A stretch of 64,000 bases of DNA from Sphyrna mokarran (GCA_024679065.1 JAGIQG010000011.1:73098001-73162000), one strand, 5' to 3'; shown: positions 1 to 12,154, counted from the stretch's first letter. Notes: generated from the sequence alone by a model not told the origin. Numbers and translations are program-made.

Positions 1-227
1 CATACACTCCCAATTATGTCATCAAAAACATTTAACAAGCTGTTTTTTTAAAGTACTGTCAATTTCAAACCGTTTAGTATACCCTCGTTCTGATGAACTG
101 AGTGGTGAGACATTTTCTCCTTGTTTTCAGTGTCAGCTTTGAATCAGCAGAGGTTAGGAATGGCAGGGATAAGATGCAAACTAAAGTTTCCATTATGTTG
201 TATCTAGTTCAGAAGAAAATTAGCACG

Positions 228-575
228 CATAGAAACTAGAAGCAGGAGCCCTTCAAGCCTGCTCCACCATTCATTTTGATTATGACTGATCATCAAATTC
301 AATATCCTGATCCCCCTCTTCCTTTGATACCCCTTGATCCCTTTAGCCCCAAGAGCTATATCTAATTTCTTCTTGAAATTGGGTGAAGTTTTGGCCCCAA
401 CTAATGAATTCTACTGATCCACCACTAGCTGGGTGAAGAAATTTCTTCTCACCTCATTTCTAAAATGCTTACCCGTTTTTCATCTGTGACCCCTAGTTCT
501 GGATCCCCCACTATTGGGAACATTCTTTCTGAATCTGATTGTCTAACCCTGTTAGAATTTTATAAGTTTCCATAA
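228..575 (-). mobile_element. CR1 LINE 3' fragment
   Basis: Reverse strand ends in a CR1-type tail (..ctcctgcttctagtttctatg); closely similar copies at 18174 and 33037. Confidence 0.8.
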
Positions 576-584
576 AGAAAGCTG

Positions 585-887
585 ATAATTAAGGACCCCA
601 TGCATCCTGGACATTCTCTCTTCCACCTTCTTCCTTCAGGAAAAAGATATAAGCATCTAACGTCACCTCAAGAGTATCTTCTACCCTGCTGCTGTGTGAC
701 TTTTAAACAGACTTAGCTTGCGTTAAGTTGATTTTTCTCTACACTCTAGCTATGACTGTAACACTACATTCTGCACTCTCTTGTTTCCTTCTCTATGAAC
801 AGTATGCTTTGTCTGCATAGCGTGCAAGAAACAATACTTTTCACTGTATGTTAATACATGTGACAATAATAAATCAAATCAAATCAA
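585..887 (+). mobile_element. Rex1/Babar LINE 3' end
   Basis: Translates IIKDPMHPGHSLFHLLPSGKRYK (Rex1 C-terminus); ends tgtgacaataataaa(tcaaa)n; second copy at 44045. Confidence 0.85.
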
Positions 888-1186
888 GCCTGTATTGATC
901 ATGATGCCATAATTAAACTGAAAAAAATGTTCTGCCCTTACTCAGTCTCTATCTCTCTGTTCCCTCCCTATTCATGTAGCCATCCAAATGCCTGCTTCCA
1001 CTGCCTCCTCTGGCAGTGCATTCTAGGCACCCACCACTCTGTGTTAAAAATGTCCTCCCCACATGTCCCTTAAACTTCCCGCCTCTCACCTTGAACCTAT
1101 GCCTCCTTGGAATTGACACTTCCATCCTGGGAAATAACCTCTGACTCTCCACCCTGTTTATGCCTCTTATAATTTTGTAGACTCTT
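888..1186 (-). mobile_element. CR1 LINE 3' fragment
   Basis: Minus ORF 949-1263 contains VYKIIRGINRVESQRLFPRMEVSIPRRHRFKVRGGKF (CR1 ORF2 C-terminus). Confidence 0.85.
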
Positions 1187-1299
1187 GCCCCAATTACTTG
1201 GGGCAGGTTTGCGGGCGAGTGAATGGAGAGGTTAGGGCAGGACAATAAAATAAACGTCTGCACTACAAATCTTTCTGTTGGCTCATGCTTTTACCAGGG

Positions 1300-2278
1300 G
1301 CGGATCAAGGTATTCAGTGCAGTTGACGTCTACATGGACCTTAGCAAAGCATTTAACAAGGCTCCACATGGTAGGTTGTTGCATAAGGTTAAATCTCACA
1401 GGATCCAGAGTAAGGCAACCAAATAGATACAAAATTGGCTTGATGACAGAAGACAGAAGATGGCTGTAGAGGGTTGTTTTTCAAAATAGGGGCCTGTGAC
1501 CAGTGGTGTGCCTCAGGGATCAGTGCTGGATCCACTGTTATCTGTCATTTATATTAATGATTAAGCCAGCATTTAGGAGGCATTGTTAATAAGTTTGCAG
1601 ATGACATTAAGATCGGTGGCATTGTGGACAGTGAAGCAGGTTACCTAGGATTGCAATGGGATCTTGATCAATTGACCCTGTGGGCTGACGAATGGCAGAT
1701 GGAGTTTAATTTAGATAAATGTGAGGCGATGCATTTTGGCAGATTGAACCAGGGCAGTACTTAGTTAATGGTAGAGTGTTAGGGAAGAACAAAGGGATCT
1801 AGGAGTACAGTTCATAACTCCTTGAAAGTGGAGTCATAGATGGACAGAGTGGCGAAGAAGGCATTTGGCATGCTTGGTTTCATTGAGCAGAACATTGAAT
1901 GCAGGATTGGGAAGTCTTGGTGAAGTTGTACAAGACATTGGTAAGGCCACACTTAGAATACTGTGTGCAGTTCTGGTCATCCTATTATAGAAAGAATGTT
2001 TAAAAACATGTTTAAAAACTAGAAGGAGTGCAGAAAAGATTTACTAGGATGTTACCAGGACTTAATGATTTGAGCTATAAGGAAAGGCTAGATAGATTCC
2101 TTGGAACGTGGGACACTTTAGAGTGATCTTATAGCGGTCTATAAAATAATGAGGGGCATTGATCATATGGGCCAAATGTGGGCAATTGAGAGTAGCTTAG
2201 TGCTTAAAAAGGGATAACATGGACAAATTGGACCAAAGGGCCTGTTTCCATGCTTAAACCTCTATGACTTCTATGAAT
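1300..2278 (+). mobile_element. CR1 LINE, degenerate RT domain to 3' end
   Basis: [53 protein letters not shown] with stops/frameshifts; ctatgacttctatg tail. Confidence 0.93.
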
Positions 2279-3169
2279 CATTGATGGCAGCAGTGGGAAG
2301 CCAACTAAGGTAGTTAAATAGGTTATTAACAATGAGCCAATATTTGCAGCCTTGCTATTGCACAACTGGAAGACATTTTTGTACTCTATCATCAATTTAC
2401 ATGGGCAATTTCATGTCCCTACCATGCTCTGTGAGTTTAAAACAATGAGCAAAATTCTCTTATCCGGTTTCGTGACAGGTCAGAATGAAGAATCCAATGG
2501 GAGCTGAAAGGTCAGAAACCCATTGGTGTAAAAACAGTTTGCAGTTCTCCCAATGGTGTCTGAATGGTGGGTTAGTTCTTCCCCAGACTGGTAGTGTGAA
2601 TGCCATTTGCATCACATGAATGCTCATTAAAATAGCTGATCACCAGAATCCTGTCAGGCCTTCCAATTTTGCATCATGCCAGGCTGAAATCATTTTGCCA
2701 TCAAACCCATTTGAAAAAGATTGATATGTACAAAGCGTGCCCCAATTCACTCGAGATTTTGAGTGCAACATACATAACCAACCTGCCTTAGTGCTGTGCC
2801 ACTCCTATTGCACTGCATACCAATTTTGCTGAAGCTCCCGGATTCATGCCCACCAGTTTCCATCCCAAGTTGACCTTTATGGACAGCACTAAGCTACAAG
2901 ACTCCTGTACCCTCCACTCCAATGATTTAAGGTTCAACCGAATGTGAGGTAGTAGGTGAGGAAAGGGCTGACAAAGACAATGGTGGGGGCAATGTGGAAG
3001 GAGGGCTGTGCAAGGGGTGGAAGTGCAAGAGTACATGATGGCAGGCAGAAGGACAAGGAAGTTCATAAAGAAAAGAAGGCAGAGAGAAAATCGAGGAAAG
3101 AGGAGCCGAATCCCGACAAGCCTGCATGAAAACTTCACAAACAAGGGTGGGGAGGGTCAAAGGGAAATC

Positions 3170-3325
3170 ACATCATTCAATAGAAGGGATTGCATGAAAA
3201 CTTTCAATGGAGGGAGTAAAAGTTATGGGGAAAAGGTGGGAGGATGGGGTTGAGAAACTTATCAGCCATGATTGAATGGCGGAGCAGATTCAATGGGCTG
3301 AATGGCCTAATTCTGTTCCTGGCTT
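3170..3325 (+). mobile_element. CR1 3' UTR fragment
   Basis: atcagccatgattgaatggcggagcagattcaatgggctgaatggcctaattctg, a CR1 3' end motif recurring in the window. Confidence 0.7.
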
Positions 3326-3465
3326 AAGCATACTTCTCTTTGACCCCCATCTTAAGAGTGTGCGCTACTTCTATAGGTACCTTCCCCCAAAACTACCAAC
3401 CCAACTACTGTGATAGGTACCTTAGCATGATTGCTTCCCTTCCCTGAACTCTTCCTTTCTTTTCC

Positions 3466-3662
3466 AGGGGATGTGGTATCATCGTGATAATATCACTCAA
3501 CTCGTAATCCTATGACCCAGGAAACCTGCGTTCAAATTCCACCATGGCAGATTGTAAGAATTGAACTGAAATCTGGAATTAAAAGTCTAACGATGATCAT
3601 GGAGCCTTTGTCGATTTGTCAAAAAAAAAACAAATGGTTCGAAGAGTTGACTCTTAACTGCT
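3466..3662 (+). mobile_element. tRNA-headed SINE family B (partial)
   Basis: B-box-like gttcaaattcc followed by caccatggcag..atctggaattaaaagtctaa body shared with 9829 and 13894. Confidence 0.75.
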
Positions 3663-4274
3663 AATGGTATTTAAAATAGATTGATATAGTGACTTAAATA
3701 AATTATTCAGCTCCTCACTGATTTCTGGCATGGAGATGGCGGCATCAGAAATCCGGTTTTCAGAGACATATAGAAGCCGTTGTACCCTGCGGGAAGCTGG
3801 CTACATGGCCTCTGCTCAATTCTTCCAGCCCATTGTGCTATAAAGCTGGGTAGCAGGGATGGGAGAATCGCCCCTGTTGACTCCTGCATTCTAATTAGAT
3901 ATGTTAAAGACTATAAATATGTTTAAGTCTGTTTATTATTGCTGCATTCTACATCGTGGTGCTTGGAAATCATTGGCGGTTTAATCCTTATGTTAATCTT
4001 CTCCTGAATAGTAGCTATGACGCCTAAGTGATCCAACAATGAGTGTTTATGTATAATTTACACCATTGTATTGTGTATCTGTAAACAAATGCTTGCTGCT
4101 GATTACTTTTTAGAAAGGTACATCGCTCTTTAGACATAAACACTATTGCAAGTAGCCAGAAATTGCTAGTTACAAAACAGGAAGACAGCAAAGCATTTAA
4201 AAATGAGTGGCTCAGGTGCACAAATTGGCTGCCTGTTTTCACTTACAAACAATAGTTTTTTTTAATTCATTCGT

Positions 4275-4975
4275 ACGAACATACGAATCAGGAGCAGATG
4301 TAGGCTAATCAGCCCCTCAAGCCTGCTCTGCCTTTCAGTAAGATCAAGGCTGATCTGGTTGGAACCTTAACCTCATATTCCTGCTGACCCCAATAACCTT
4401 TCACCCTCTTGTTAGTCAAGAATCAATCTAACCCCAATTTCGGGGTGGGTGTGGCAGTAAAATTTCAGCCAAAGCCTCTGCCTCCATTGCCTTTGGAAGA
4501 AGAGAATTGCAAAGTCTCATGATCCTCTAAGGGAAAAGAAAATTCCTCATCCCTTAGTCTTAAATATGGTGATCCCTTATTTTAGAACAGTGACCCTGAG
4601 TTGTAGATTCTCCATCAAAAGGAAACATCCTCTCCACTTTTAACTTGTCAATACCCTTCAGGGTCTTAAATGTTTCAATCAAGTCACATCTTAATTTTCT
4701 AAACACAAATTGATACAAACCTAACCTTTCCAACCTTTCCTCATAAGACAACCCATCCATTGCTGGTATTAGTCCAATAAACTTTCTCTGAATGCTTCTA
4801 ATCAGTTACATCCTTAAGAAGACCAATATTGTACGCAATACTCCTGATGTGGTCTCACAAAATGCTCTATAAAACTGAAGCATAACCTCCCTATCTTTGC
4901 TATTAATTCCCCTTGCAGTAAATAATAACCTTCTATTAAGTCTCTAATTACTTGCTGTACTTATAGACTAATCTT
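4275..4975 (-). mobile_element. CR1 LINE 3' part
   Basis: ORF 4560-4760: GLSYEERLERLGLY..KLRCDLIETFKTLKGID. Confidence 0.9.
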
Positions 4976-4977
4976 TA

Positions 4978-5200
4978 CTGATTCATTAGATGTGGGCATT
5001 TATTGCCCATACATAGCTGCCCTTGAGAAGATGGTGGTGAATTGCCTTCTTGAATGCTGCTGTCCGTGTCGTTGTAGGTACATCCATAGGGCCTGTTAGG
5101 AAGGGAGTTCCAGAATTTTGACTCAACAACAATGAAGAAACGGCAATACATTTCCAAGTCAGATTGGCAAGTGGCTTGGAGAGGAAACGGTGGTGGTGTC
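4978..5200 (-). mobile_element. CR1-group (Zenon-like) LINE 3' end
   Basis: VVESKFWNSLPN, then tail ttctcaagggcagctatgtatgggcaataaatg; same family as 19925, 26695, 46875. Confidence 0.8.
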
Positions 5201-5774
5201 AGAGATAAAATGATGTTCGGACACAGCTATCATGAGTGATGGATCCTTTATTGCCTTTTTATCGATAAGAAGATTGTAACTGAAAAATTCTTCAAGGTAC
5301 TTCAGTCTACTCTGTGTACAATCGTGTACAGTCAGTCTTTTTTATAGGGAATTTACAACTTATAGTAAAGATTGTTACTACAATCTTGAGAGGCCTGAGA
5401 CGTGCTGTTAATTGCATCCCATCGATAATGTCATAATCTTCAGTTGTGGACAGATGGAATGTTCGTTCAGACAATGGTCACTTTCTCATGTAATTATTAC
5501 AGTTTTGATGCTGGTAGCAAAGATATTCAGCTCTGTCCTGTTAATAGATATCGTAAAGCATCCACCTTTTGCTTGCCCTATTTCATGTATGTGGAGACCC
5601 TCAGCACAGTGAGGGACTAATTTTTCTGGACCCCTGACCAACCTCCTGCTAAGCCCAGTTCTTCTCTTCCACAGTGGAGAACAATTCAAAAGTAATTTAT
5701 TGGCTGTAAAGCATGATCACTTTTGCGAGTCCATAACTTAAATGTATACATAATGCCAGTACAATGAAAAAAAT

Positions 5775-7560
5775 GGGGGTGATTTTGAACCCGCACTCTC
5801 CGTCTCGAAATGGTGGTATATGCTCAAAATCTGGAGGATGTGATTCAAGCCAGTGAGTTTCCCAGTCCAATTTTCCCAGCCCCTCGCTGGTGGAATGGCA
5901 TGAAACTCACTACAGAAATGCAGACACTCATCTTAATACATTAGCATATCATTAGTGAGCTCTCCGTGCATGGAATTTCAGCCAGCGCCAGTGAACCTGG
6001 TACTTTCACCTCTGAAGAGGGGTTTCAGAGGCGAGTGCTGAGGCAGACAGCATCCTTCTTAGTGTACTCTGCTCACACCATTTAGAGAACTCAGGGGATA
6101 CAAATAGTTCAACTAAGGTCTGGGGGTCGGGAGTCCCAGAATTGACATTTTGGGGGGAGGGACCAAGAGAGATCACTTGCAGGCTAGACCTTTCCTTCAC
6201 TTTAAGGCACTTCTTGCCCTAGGGGTTGTGAAGGCTGATACGCAGGCAGTGATTCCAGTGACCTCCATCCTGGGTTTCAACCCATATCGCAGCTGAGGAT
6301 GAGCTCTTCCTTAGTGTGGGCTGGCAAGAGGATGGGACAGACATCGCATTGCCATTCTCACACTCCACAGGGATGAGGTGAGAGCAGTGGTTCCTCCAAA
6401 CTTGGTTGAATGAACAGACAGGGTAGAGACTCTGTGGGTGAATGAATTGAAAATTATTGACAAACATTCAGAACAAAATGATGACCTATCTGCAAAATGA
6501 TAATCTATCAGGGTCTTCTGGCTGGAGGACGCTCCTGCCAATCCTCTTCCCTTCAGGTTCCCAGGTGCTTCTCCGTGTGTTCCTCCGTGAGATGGAGGGG
6601 ACAGCTAAAGTGACTTCCAGAAGACCGTAATATTCTCTGGCGTTGATGCTCATGGATTCCTACCAGTGCCTGCACCATGAATTGAAGCCCTGCACCATAC
6701 AGTTGAAGCCCTGCACTATGGTGCGACATAGAGTGCACATCCTGAGCTAATGTCCCCACTGCAGATGCCAACCTCGCAGTGTTGGCTTCAGTGCACTGCA
6801 GTGATGGCACCATCTCCTCGGATAGAAGGAGATTGGACTCCTCCAGTCGATCTTGCATTCTTTGGATGGCTGCTGTTATCCCTTCCTGATACTCGTGACT
6901 CTGCCTTTACATCTTCAGCATCAATGGGACACCTGGGCCCAGAGGTATATCATCAGCCTTGGGCTCAACAGAGACCTGAGCTCCGGCAATCTTCTGAGTG
7001 TCTGTTCCCCGGGGCATTCTTGCCTCCACCAGCCGTGGATCTTTAGTTGTGAGGTGCTGGCCAGTGAGTGACCCAGCAGCCTGCCTACTTATTGGGCCAT
7101 GATGTGGAGATGCCGGCGTTGGACTGGGGTAAACACAATAAAAAGTCTCAAATCACCAGGTTCAAGTCTTTCCACACACCTGACGAAGGAACAGCGTTTC
7201 TGAAAATTTGCGGGGTTTGCAATCAAATAAACTGGTTGGACTTTAACCTGGTGTTGTGAGACTTTTTACTGTACTTATTGGACCAACTGAGGTGTGAGTA
7301 ACTGAGTGCAGATGACAGTTGTGACGCATTTTGAAGAATGAGCTCTGGGGAGTCTCATTCTGCACTGCTAGAGCTCAGTGGTTCCAGGAACCGCAAGGAT
7401 GATCTGACCTGTTCCAGTGGTCAGCCGGCAAGAGAAGGCACATGGCACCATTACATCACAGGGGGTACTGAAGGAACATTGTTTACTCAGTAGAGAGTTG
7501 AGGAATGATAGAGTATCTGTTGAGGATTCTCATATTTCTCTGCTGCCCCCATTTCACTAA
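5775..7560. mobile_element. Degenerate PIF/Harbinger-like DNA transposon remnant
   Basis: Starts ggggtgattttg (like the MITE termini in this window); GC-richer interior with a broken coiled-coil-like minus ORF (6553-6858); interrupted at 7100 by a Penelope-derived insert. Confidence 0.45.
7100..7271 (+). mobile_element. Penelope-derived mini-element with inverted pseudo-LTR ends and hammerhead core
   Basis: Inverted arms (~7130-7162 vs ~7245-7277); ctgacga..gaaa at 7180-7205; 14-bp flanking duplication tacttattgg(g/a)cca at 7086-7099 and 7272-7285. Confidence 0.85.
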
Positions 7561-8241
7561 ACTTCTGAAGATGCTCAGTCTACATTTACAGAGCTAATTT
7601 TTCCTCAGTTCAATCATTGTTTCAACTTCAATAATAGATAAAAGGAAACCAGCAACTGGGCTTTATATGAAAGATTATTAGGTGTTCTCATAAGTCAGGA
7701 TTTGCAGACACACATTATCCAGTGAAATTTAATACCTTATAAAATGTTTGAAAAAAAAGAATCTACCCAGAAAAATGAAAATTAGCAAGCTTAATGAAAT
7801 TCAAAAGCTGTTTTCTTTTACAGATATTTCAGTTTGACAATTTAATGTCACAATTTCAAATGCAGTTAGTCAAAGCTCGCCTTAGCTCTCAGTCCTTGAG
7901 CTGTTTGGCACCCAGATGAGTAAATAAATTACAGAAGTATGGCATAAATAAGTTATAAATTATATAAACTATAAATATTTTACACTGTGTTGATATAAGA
8001 CAAGATGAACTCTTTATTTAAATGTGGGCCAAGAAAAAGCATTATGCATCTTTTAAAATGAATCTTCCTATGATACTTTCTGGGTTTGAATAACATTTGA
8101 ATATAGGCCTCTGGATTGCTTTGCACGCTGATTGCCATGCGGACTTTGTGCTTACTTGAGACTACCATTTGGGTGGTTTTTGATATTTGATCGGCTGTAC
8201 ACATCAGCTGGGAAGCCAAATTTATATCTTACCAGTACCAA

Positions 8242-8540
8242 GGTGGTACAGTGATTAGTACTGTTGCCTTACAGCACCAGGAATCCAGCTTCGATTCTCA
8301 ACTTGGGTCACTGTCTGTGTGGAGTCTTTCTTTATCTCCGCATGGGTTTTCTCCAGGTGCTCCAGTTTCATCCCATAGTGTGAAAGATGTGCTGGTTAGA
8401 ACTTTGGCCACATTAAATTCTCCCTCAGTGAACCCAAACAGATGCCGGAGTATGGCGGCTGGAGGTTTTTCACAATAACTTTATTGCAGTGTTAATGTGA
8501 GCCTAGTTGTGACACTAATAGATAAATTTTAAACTTAAAA
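8242..8540 (+). mobile_element. V-SINE/HE1-type SINE, tail B
   Basis: tRNA-like head, V-domain (gggttttctccaggtgctccagtttc), tail ..ttgtgacactaatagataaa. Confidence 0.9.
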
Positions 8541-8664
8541 CCAGTTAAAACCTCTCTGCACAGCTGAAATCAATCATGCTCTACTTAAAGACGAGGCGCA
8601 TTGTGGTTGCAACAGGCACCAGCAGTTGTACAGAAAATGAATCTGAACAAGGAAACTGTAAAGA

Positions 8665-8885
8665 ATGGAACAACATTCAACAGAGCGAATACCAAGCTCA
8701 TCTAGTAAAAGCCTTAGAGCAATATCTGGAAAGTGAGAGCAAAATTCTACAGTCGCAGTTGGGGAGGAGGCCGCACTAACACACTTCAAAAAGCAGTGAG
8801 CATAGATAGCCATGGAAGACCTGAGGTCCTCGACACAGTGCAGTGAAATATTGAATGACCTCACATGTGTAGTGAAGGTCAGTCA
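8665..8885 (+). pseudogene. Degenerate Myb/SANT-like exon of a Harbinger transposon
   Basis: With frameshifts reads MEQHSTERIP../ALEQYLESESKILQSQLGRRP../KKQ*A*IAMEDLRSSTQCSEILNDLTCVVK, then gtcagt donor-like site. Confidence 0.6.
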
Positions 8886-9030
8886 ATATGCCTTCTCCTG
8901 TCATATGCTACCAAGAACACAATTAGCCTGAGCCATTGCTCAAATCACCATACTCCATTACAGATCTGCCAATAATCTTTATTGGCCTTATATTTATCAA
9001 TCGTATGCTTCTCCTCACCCTCATGCAACA

Positions 9031-9281
9031 GGCGGTACCGAGGCACAATGGTCAGCACTCCTGACTCACAGCGCCAAAGACCTAGTTCAATTCTGGCTTC
9101 GGGTGACTGTCTGTGTTTGTGGGTTAGGTTGATTGGCCATGCAAAATGGCCTCTTATTTCTGGGGGATTAGCGGGGTGAATATGTGTGTTACGGAGATAA
9201 GGTCTGGATGGGATTGTTGTCAATACAAGGCTCCTTGGGCCAAATTATCTTTTACTGCACTGTAGGAACTCTATGATTCTA
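9031..9281 (+). mobile_element. V-SINE/HE1-type SINE, tail A, internally deleted
   Basis: Head ggcacaatggtcagcact..gttcaattc; CR1-type tail ctgcactgtaggaactctatgattcta. Confidence 0.88.
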
Positions 9282-9828
9282 TTTAGCACTGATGTATGCC
9301 TCACATTTGCACCTCACAACTTGCGTACACTGTTAGCTTTTTGGTCATGGCACAACAACTAAACAACAACAACACTCACTGTCACACACAGATACAGCCA
9401 CCATGTAATTTAGGGCACAGTATAGATGCGGGATCTGCATGTTAATACTATGGGCACGAGTGGCCTGTAGGAAGAACAGGGGGAAAGGAAAGTAAAATAT
9501 CGACTCACCAGAGGATGAAGAGACATATAAGTTCACTCTACAGAGGAACTATTGATCGGAAGCCTACAGAAAAAGGCTGAATGCGTACACACACACACTG
9601 AAATACATGGTGCTTTGGAAAACCTTTCAGAAAATCAGCATTTGAGGAGCTTGCAGCAGTCTGGCTCAAAATTGGATTTTGTGTCAAGCTCTGAGGCCCA
9701 TGCTCTCCCGCATTGGAGGTCAAGTTCATTTGCACACTTGTGGACCTAGCCATAAACGGTGTCCAGTTTCCACTGTAGCAAAAGCAGCTACCACCTACAA
9801 TGTGAGTTCTGCAGTAGGAACTTTTAAA

Positions 9829-10385
9829 TGGTGATCTAATGGTAATTTGGGTGGTCTAATAATTCTGTGTCCGGGCTCTGTGGGACACAGGTTCAAATCC
9901 CATACGATTGATAGATATGAGGCCAGATTGATAGAGATACAGGTGCTTCTGAAAGTTAATTCAATTAATTAATAAATCTGGTATTTAAGAAAAATCCCAT
10001 AATTGGTGACTGTGAAACTACTGTTCATGTTCACAAAAAGCCCCTTAGTGCACTAATGCTCTCTACGCAAGGAAATCTGCCATTCAGACCTGATCTGTCC
10101 TAGATGTGACTCCAGATCCACACCAGACTGATTGACTTTTATATGATCTAACCAATTATTCAGTTGTACCAAATCAGTACAGAATAGTCAAAAAGGAATG
10201 AAACTGAATGAAACAACAACAGCTCACACAGCCTGGTTGACCCTGCAAGATCTTTCTTGCTAAACCTGTGTGTTTGTGCTAAATTGGGAGAGCTGTCGCA
10301 CTGACCAGTCAAGCAATAGACTGGCAATAATCATACTCACCAGACAAAATCCTACGGACAATATCCCAGATACCACCAGCATTGA
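9829..10385 (+). mobile_element. Zenon-like CR1-group LINE 5' end: tRNA-like head, 5' UTR and start of APE endonuclease
   Basis: B box ggttcaaatcc 9890-9900; family-B body; then KLGELSH*PVKQ..IIILT..TDNIPDTT-like endonuclease N-terminus. Confidence 0.75.
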
Positions 10386-10420
10386 ATATATTCAAGAAAG
10401 GGTTAACATGGTTTTATTTG

Positions 10421-10957
10421 TGTAATGACCTCAACAAGGCCTCTTGATGTATGAACTCTCTGATTGAGATAATGATTGTCTACCCAATCAGGGGGTCTCA
10501 ACTTATATACATACATATATATTGAGGAATGTAAGGACTAAGGACAAGCCAGATTCTAACTTTGTACTCTTAAGAGTGGAGTTGAGTTTGTAAAGAAAGG
10601 AATGTGGTGAAGGGACACCATACTCTGAGGAGTGGCACAATGGCACAGTAGTTCACATTGCTGCTTCATAGTGTTAGGACCATAAGTTTGACTCCCAGCT
10701 TGGGTTACTGTCTGTGTGGACTTTGCACATTCTCCCCATGTTTGCCTGGGTTTTCCCTGACTGTTCTGGTTTCCTCTCACAGTCCAAAGAGTACGGGTTA
10801 GGTGGATTGGCCATGCTAAATTGCTTCTTCATGTCAGGGGGCTAGTTTGGGTAAATGCATGAAATTATGGGGTTAGGCCTAGATAGGATTGTAGTTGGTA
10901 AGACTCAATGGGCAGAATGGCCTCTTCTGCGCTGTATGATTTTTATGAGTTATTTCA
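10421..10957 (+). mobile_element. Probable solo LTR (Gypsy-type), interrupted by a SINE
   Basis: Begins tgtaat, ends atttca (TG..CA); internal ccaat, TATA-like run and degenerate poly(A) signal; no clear TSD. Confidence 0.55.
10630..10948 (+). mobile_element. V-SINE/HE1-type SINE, tail A
   Basis: Head, V-domain and CR1-type tail all present. Confidence 0.9.
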
Positions 10958-11114
10958 TTCCACAAATGAGAGGCAGGTTATGGGGGAAGAGGTGGGTGAA
11001 GGCAGAAAAGTCGACTTAAGCCCACAATCAGATCAGTCATTAACTTATTGATTGGTGGGGCAAATGCAATATGATGAATAGCCAATTCCTGCTCCTATTT
11101 CTTCTGAGCTTATG

Positions 11115-11295
11115 ATCACCACTCTTGGATATGCCTTGCTTCATTGACAGAACTGACACACCAGAGGTCGTGGACACAGTGGTATACGTTCAGGAGGGAA
11201 TTATCTGGGGAGTACCCAACATGGATTCCAGACCCCATGAAGTTTAATGGCATCAAGTCACACTCAGGCATAGAAACATTCTGCTGATGATCTCC
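11115..11295 (+). mobile_element. Continuation of the Zenon-like LINE endonuclease
   Basis: Degenerate GY..H*QN..TRG..TVVYVQEGIIWGVPNMDSRPHEV*WHQV; picks up where the 10385 fragment stops. Confidence 0.7.
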
Positions 11296-11814
11296 AGTAT
11301 GCCAACCAAATTGCAATTTGAAGGAGCTATGGAAAATAATAAATGCATAACAACAGCCAGATGACATTAGTCAAGAGTTAACCTTGAGGTAGTTAATGGC
11401 TGATGGTCCCTTTAAATATTGCTGAATTAACGTCACTCCCTGCTGCACAATGTGTGTTCAACTGAGCAAGGCTAAGGGATGGTGTTAGTTGTAATGTTAA
11501 ATTTTGAAATGGCACCACTGCCATAATGTGTCTGCTCTGTGAATTTTCTGCAGATGTTCACTGCGGGTGTGTGAAGAACTTTACTAATATAGGATCCAGT
11601 GTGATTCTTCACAAATATGAACGTATACCCTGGGTGCCATATTGGAGTTATAAAGGCAACTGTAACAACGTGCCCAATTTTTGCCTTTTAATCTTCTTGG
11701 TAACTGCACCATTGAAGTCTTACATGAAACTGAGTGAAAATGTGTCATGCTTATCAAATCCACAATGATAAGAAGGAGAAGTCCAAGTATAGTAGAAATG
11801 GCTAACATCAAAAT

Positions 11815-12154
11815 GGGTGGCACAATAGCACAATGGTTAGCACTGCTGCTTCACAGTTTGAAGGTCCTGGATTTGATTGCTGGCTCGGGTCACTGTCTGT
11901 GTGGAATTTGCACATTCTCCTTGTGTCTGCGTGGGTTTCCTTCGGGTGTTCCGGTTTCCTCCCACAGTCCAAAAATGTACAGGTTACGTTGATTGGCTAT
12001 GCTAAAATTGCCCCTTAGTGTTGAGGGATGTGTAGGTTAGAGAGCATAGCAGGTAAATGTGTTGGGTTATGGGGATAGCGCCTGGGTGGGATTGTGTTCA
12101 GTGCAGACTCGAAGGGTCTGTTTCTGCACTTAGGGTTCTAAATTCTATGTTCTA
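11815..12154 (+). mobile_element. V-SINE/HE1-type SINE, tail A
   Basis: Full head, V-domain gtgggtttccttcgggtgttccggtttcctcccacagtcc, ttctatgttcta tail. Confidence 0.92.

Noticed and set aside
1186-1205. Hairpin tgccccaa-ttac-ttggggca between divergent CR1 fragments
   Set aside because: An 8-bp stem alone is expected by chance in 64 kb; no supporting context.
6669-6720. ~20-bp tandem repeat (cctgcacca..ttgaagc) resembling a CRISPR repeat
   Set aside because: Only ~2.5 adjacent units with no spacers, in eukaryotic TE context.
11747-12018. Recurrent short ORFs of the type MVAQWLALLPHS.. / MVSTAASQ..
   Set aside because: They are translations of V-SINE copies, repeated at many loci; not genes.
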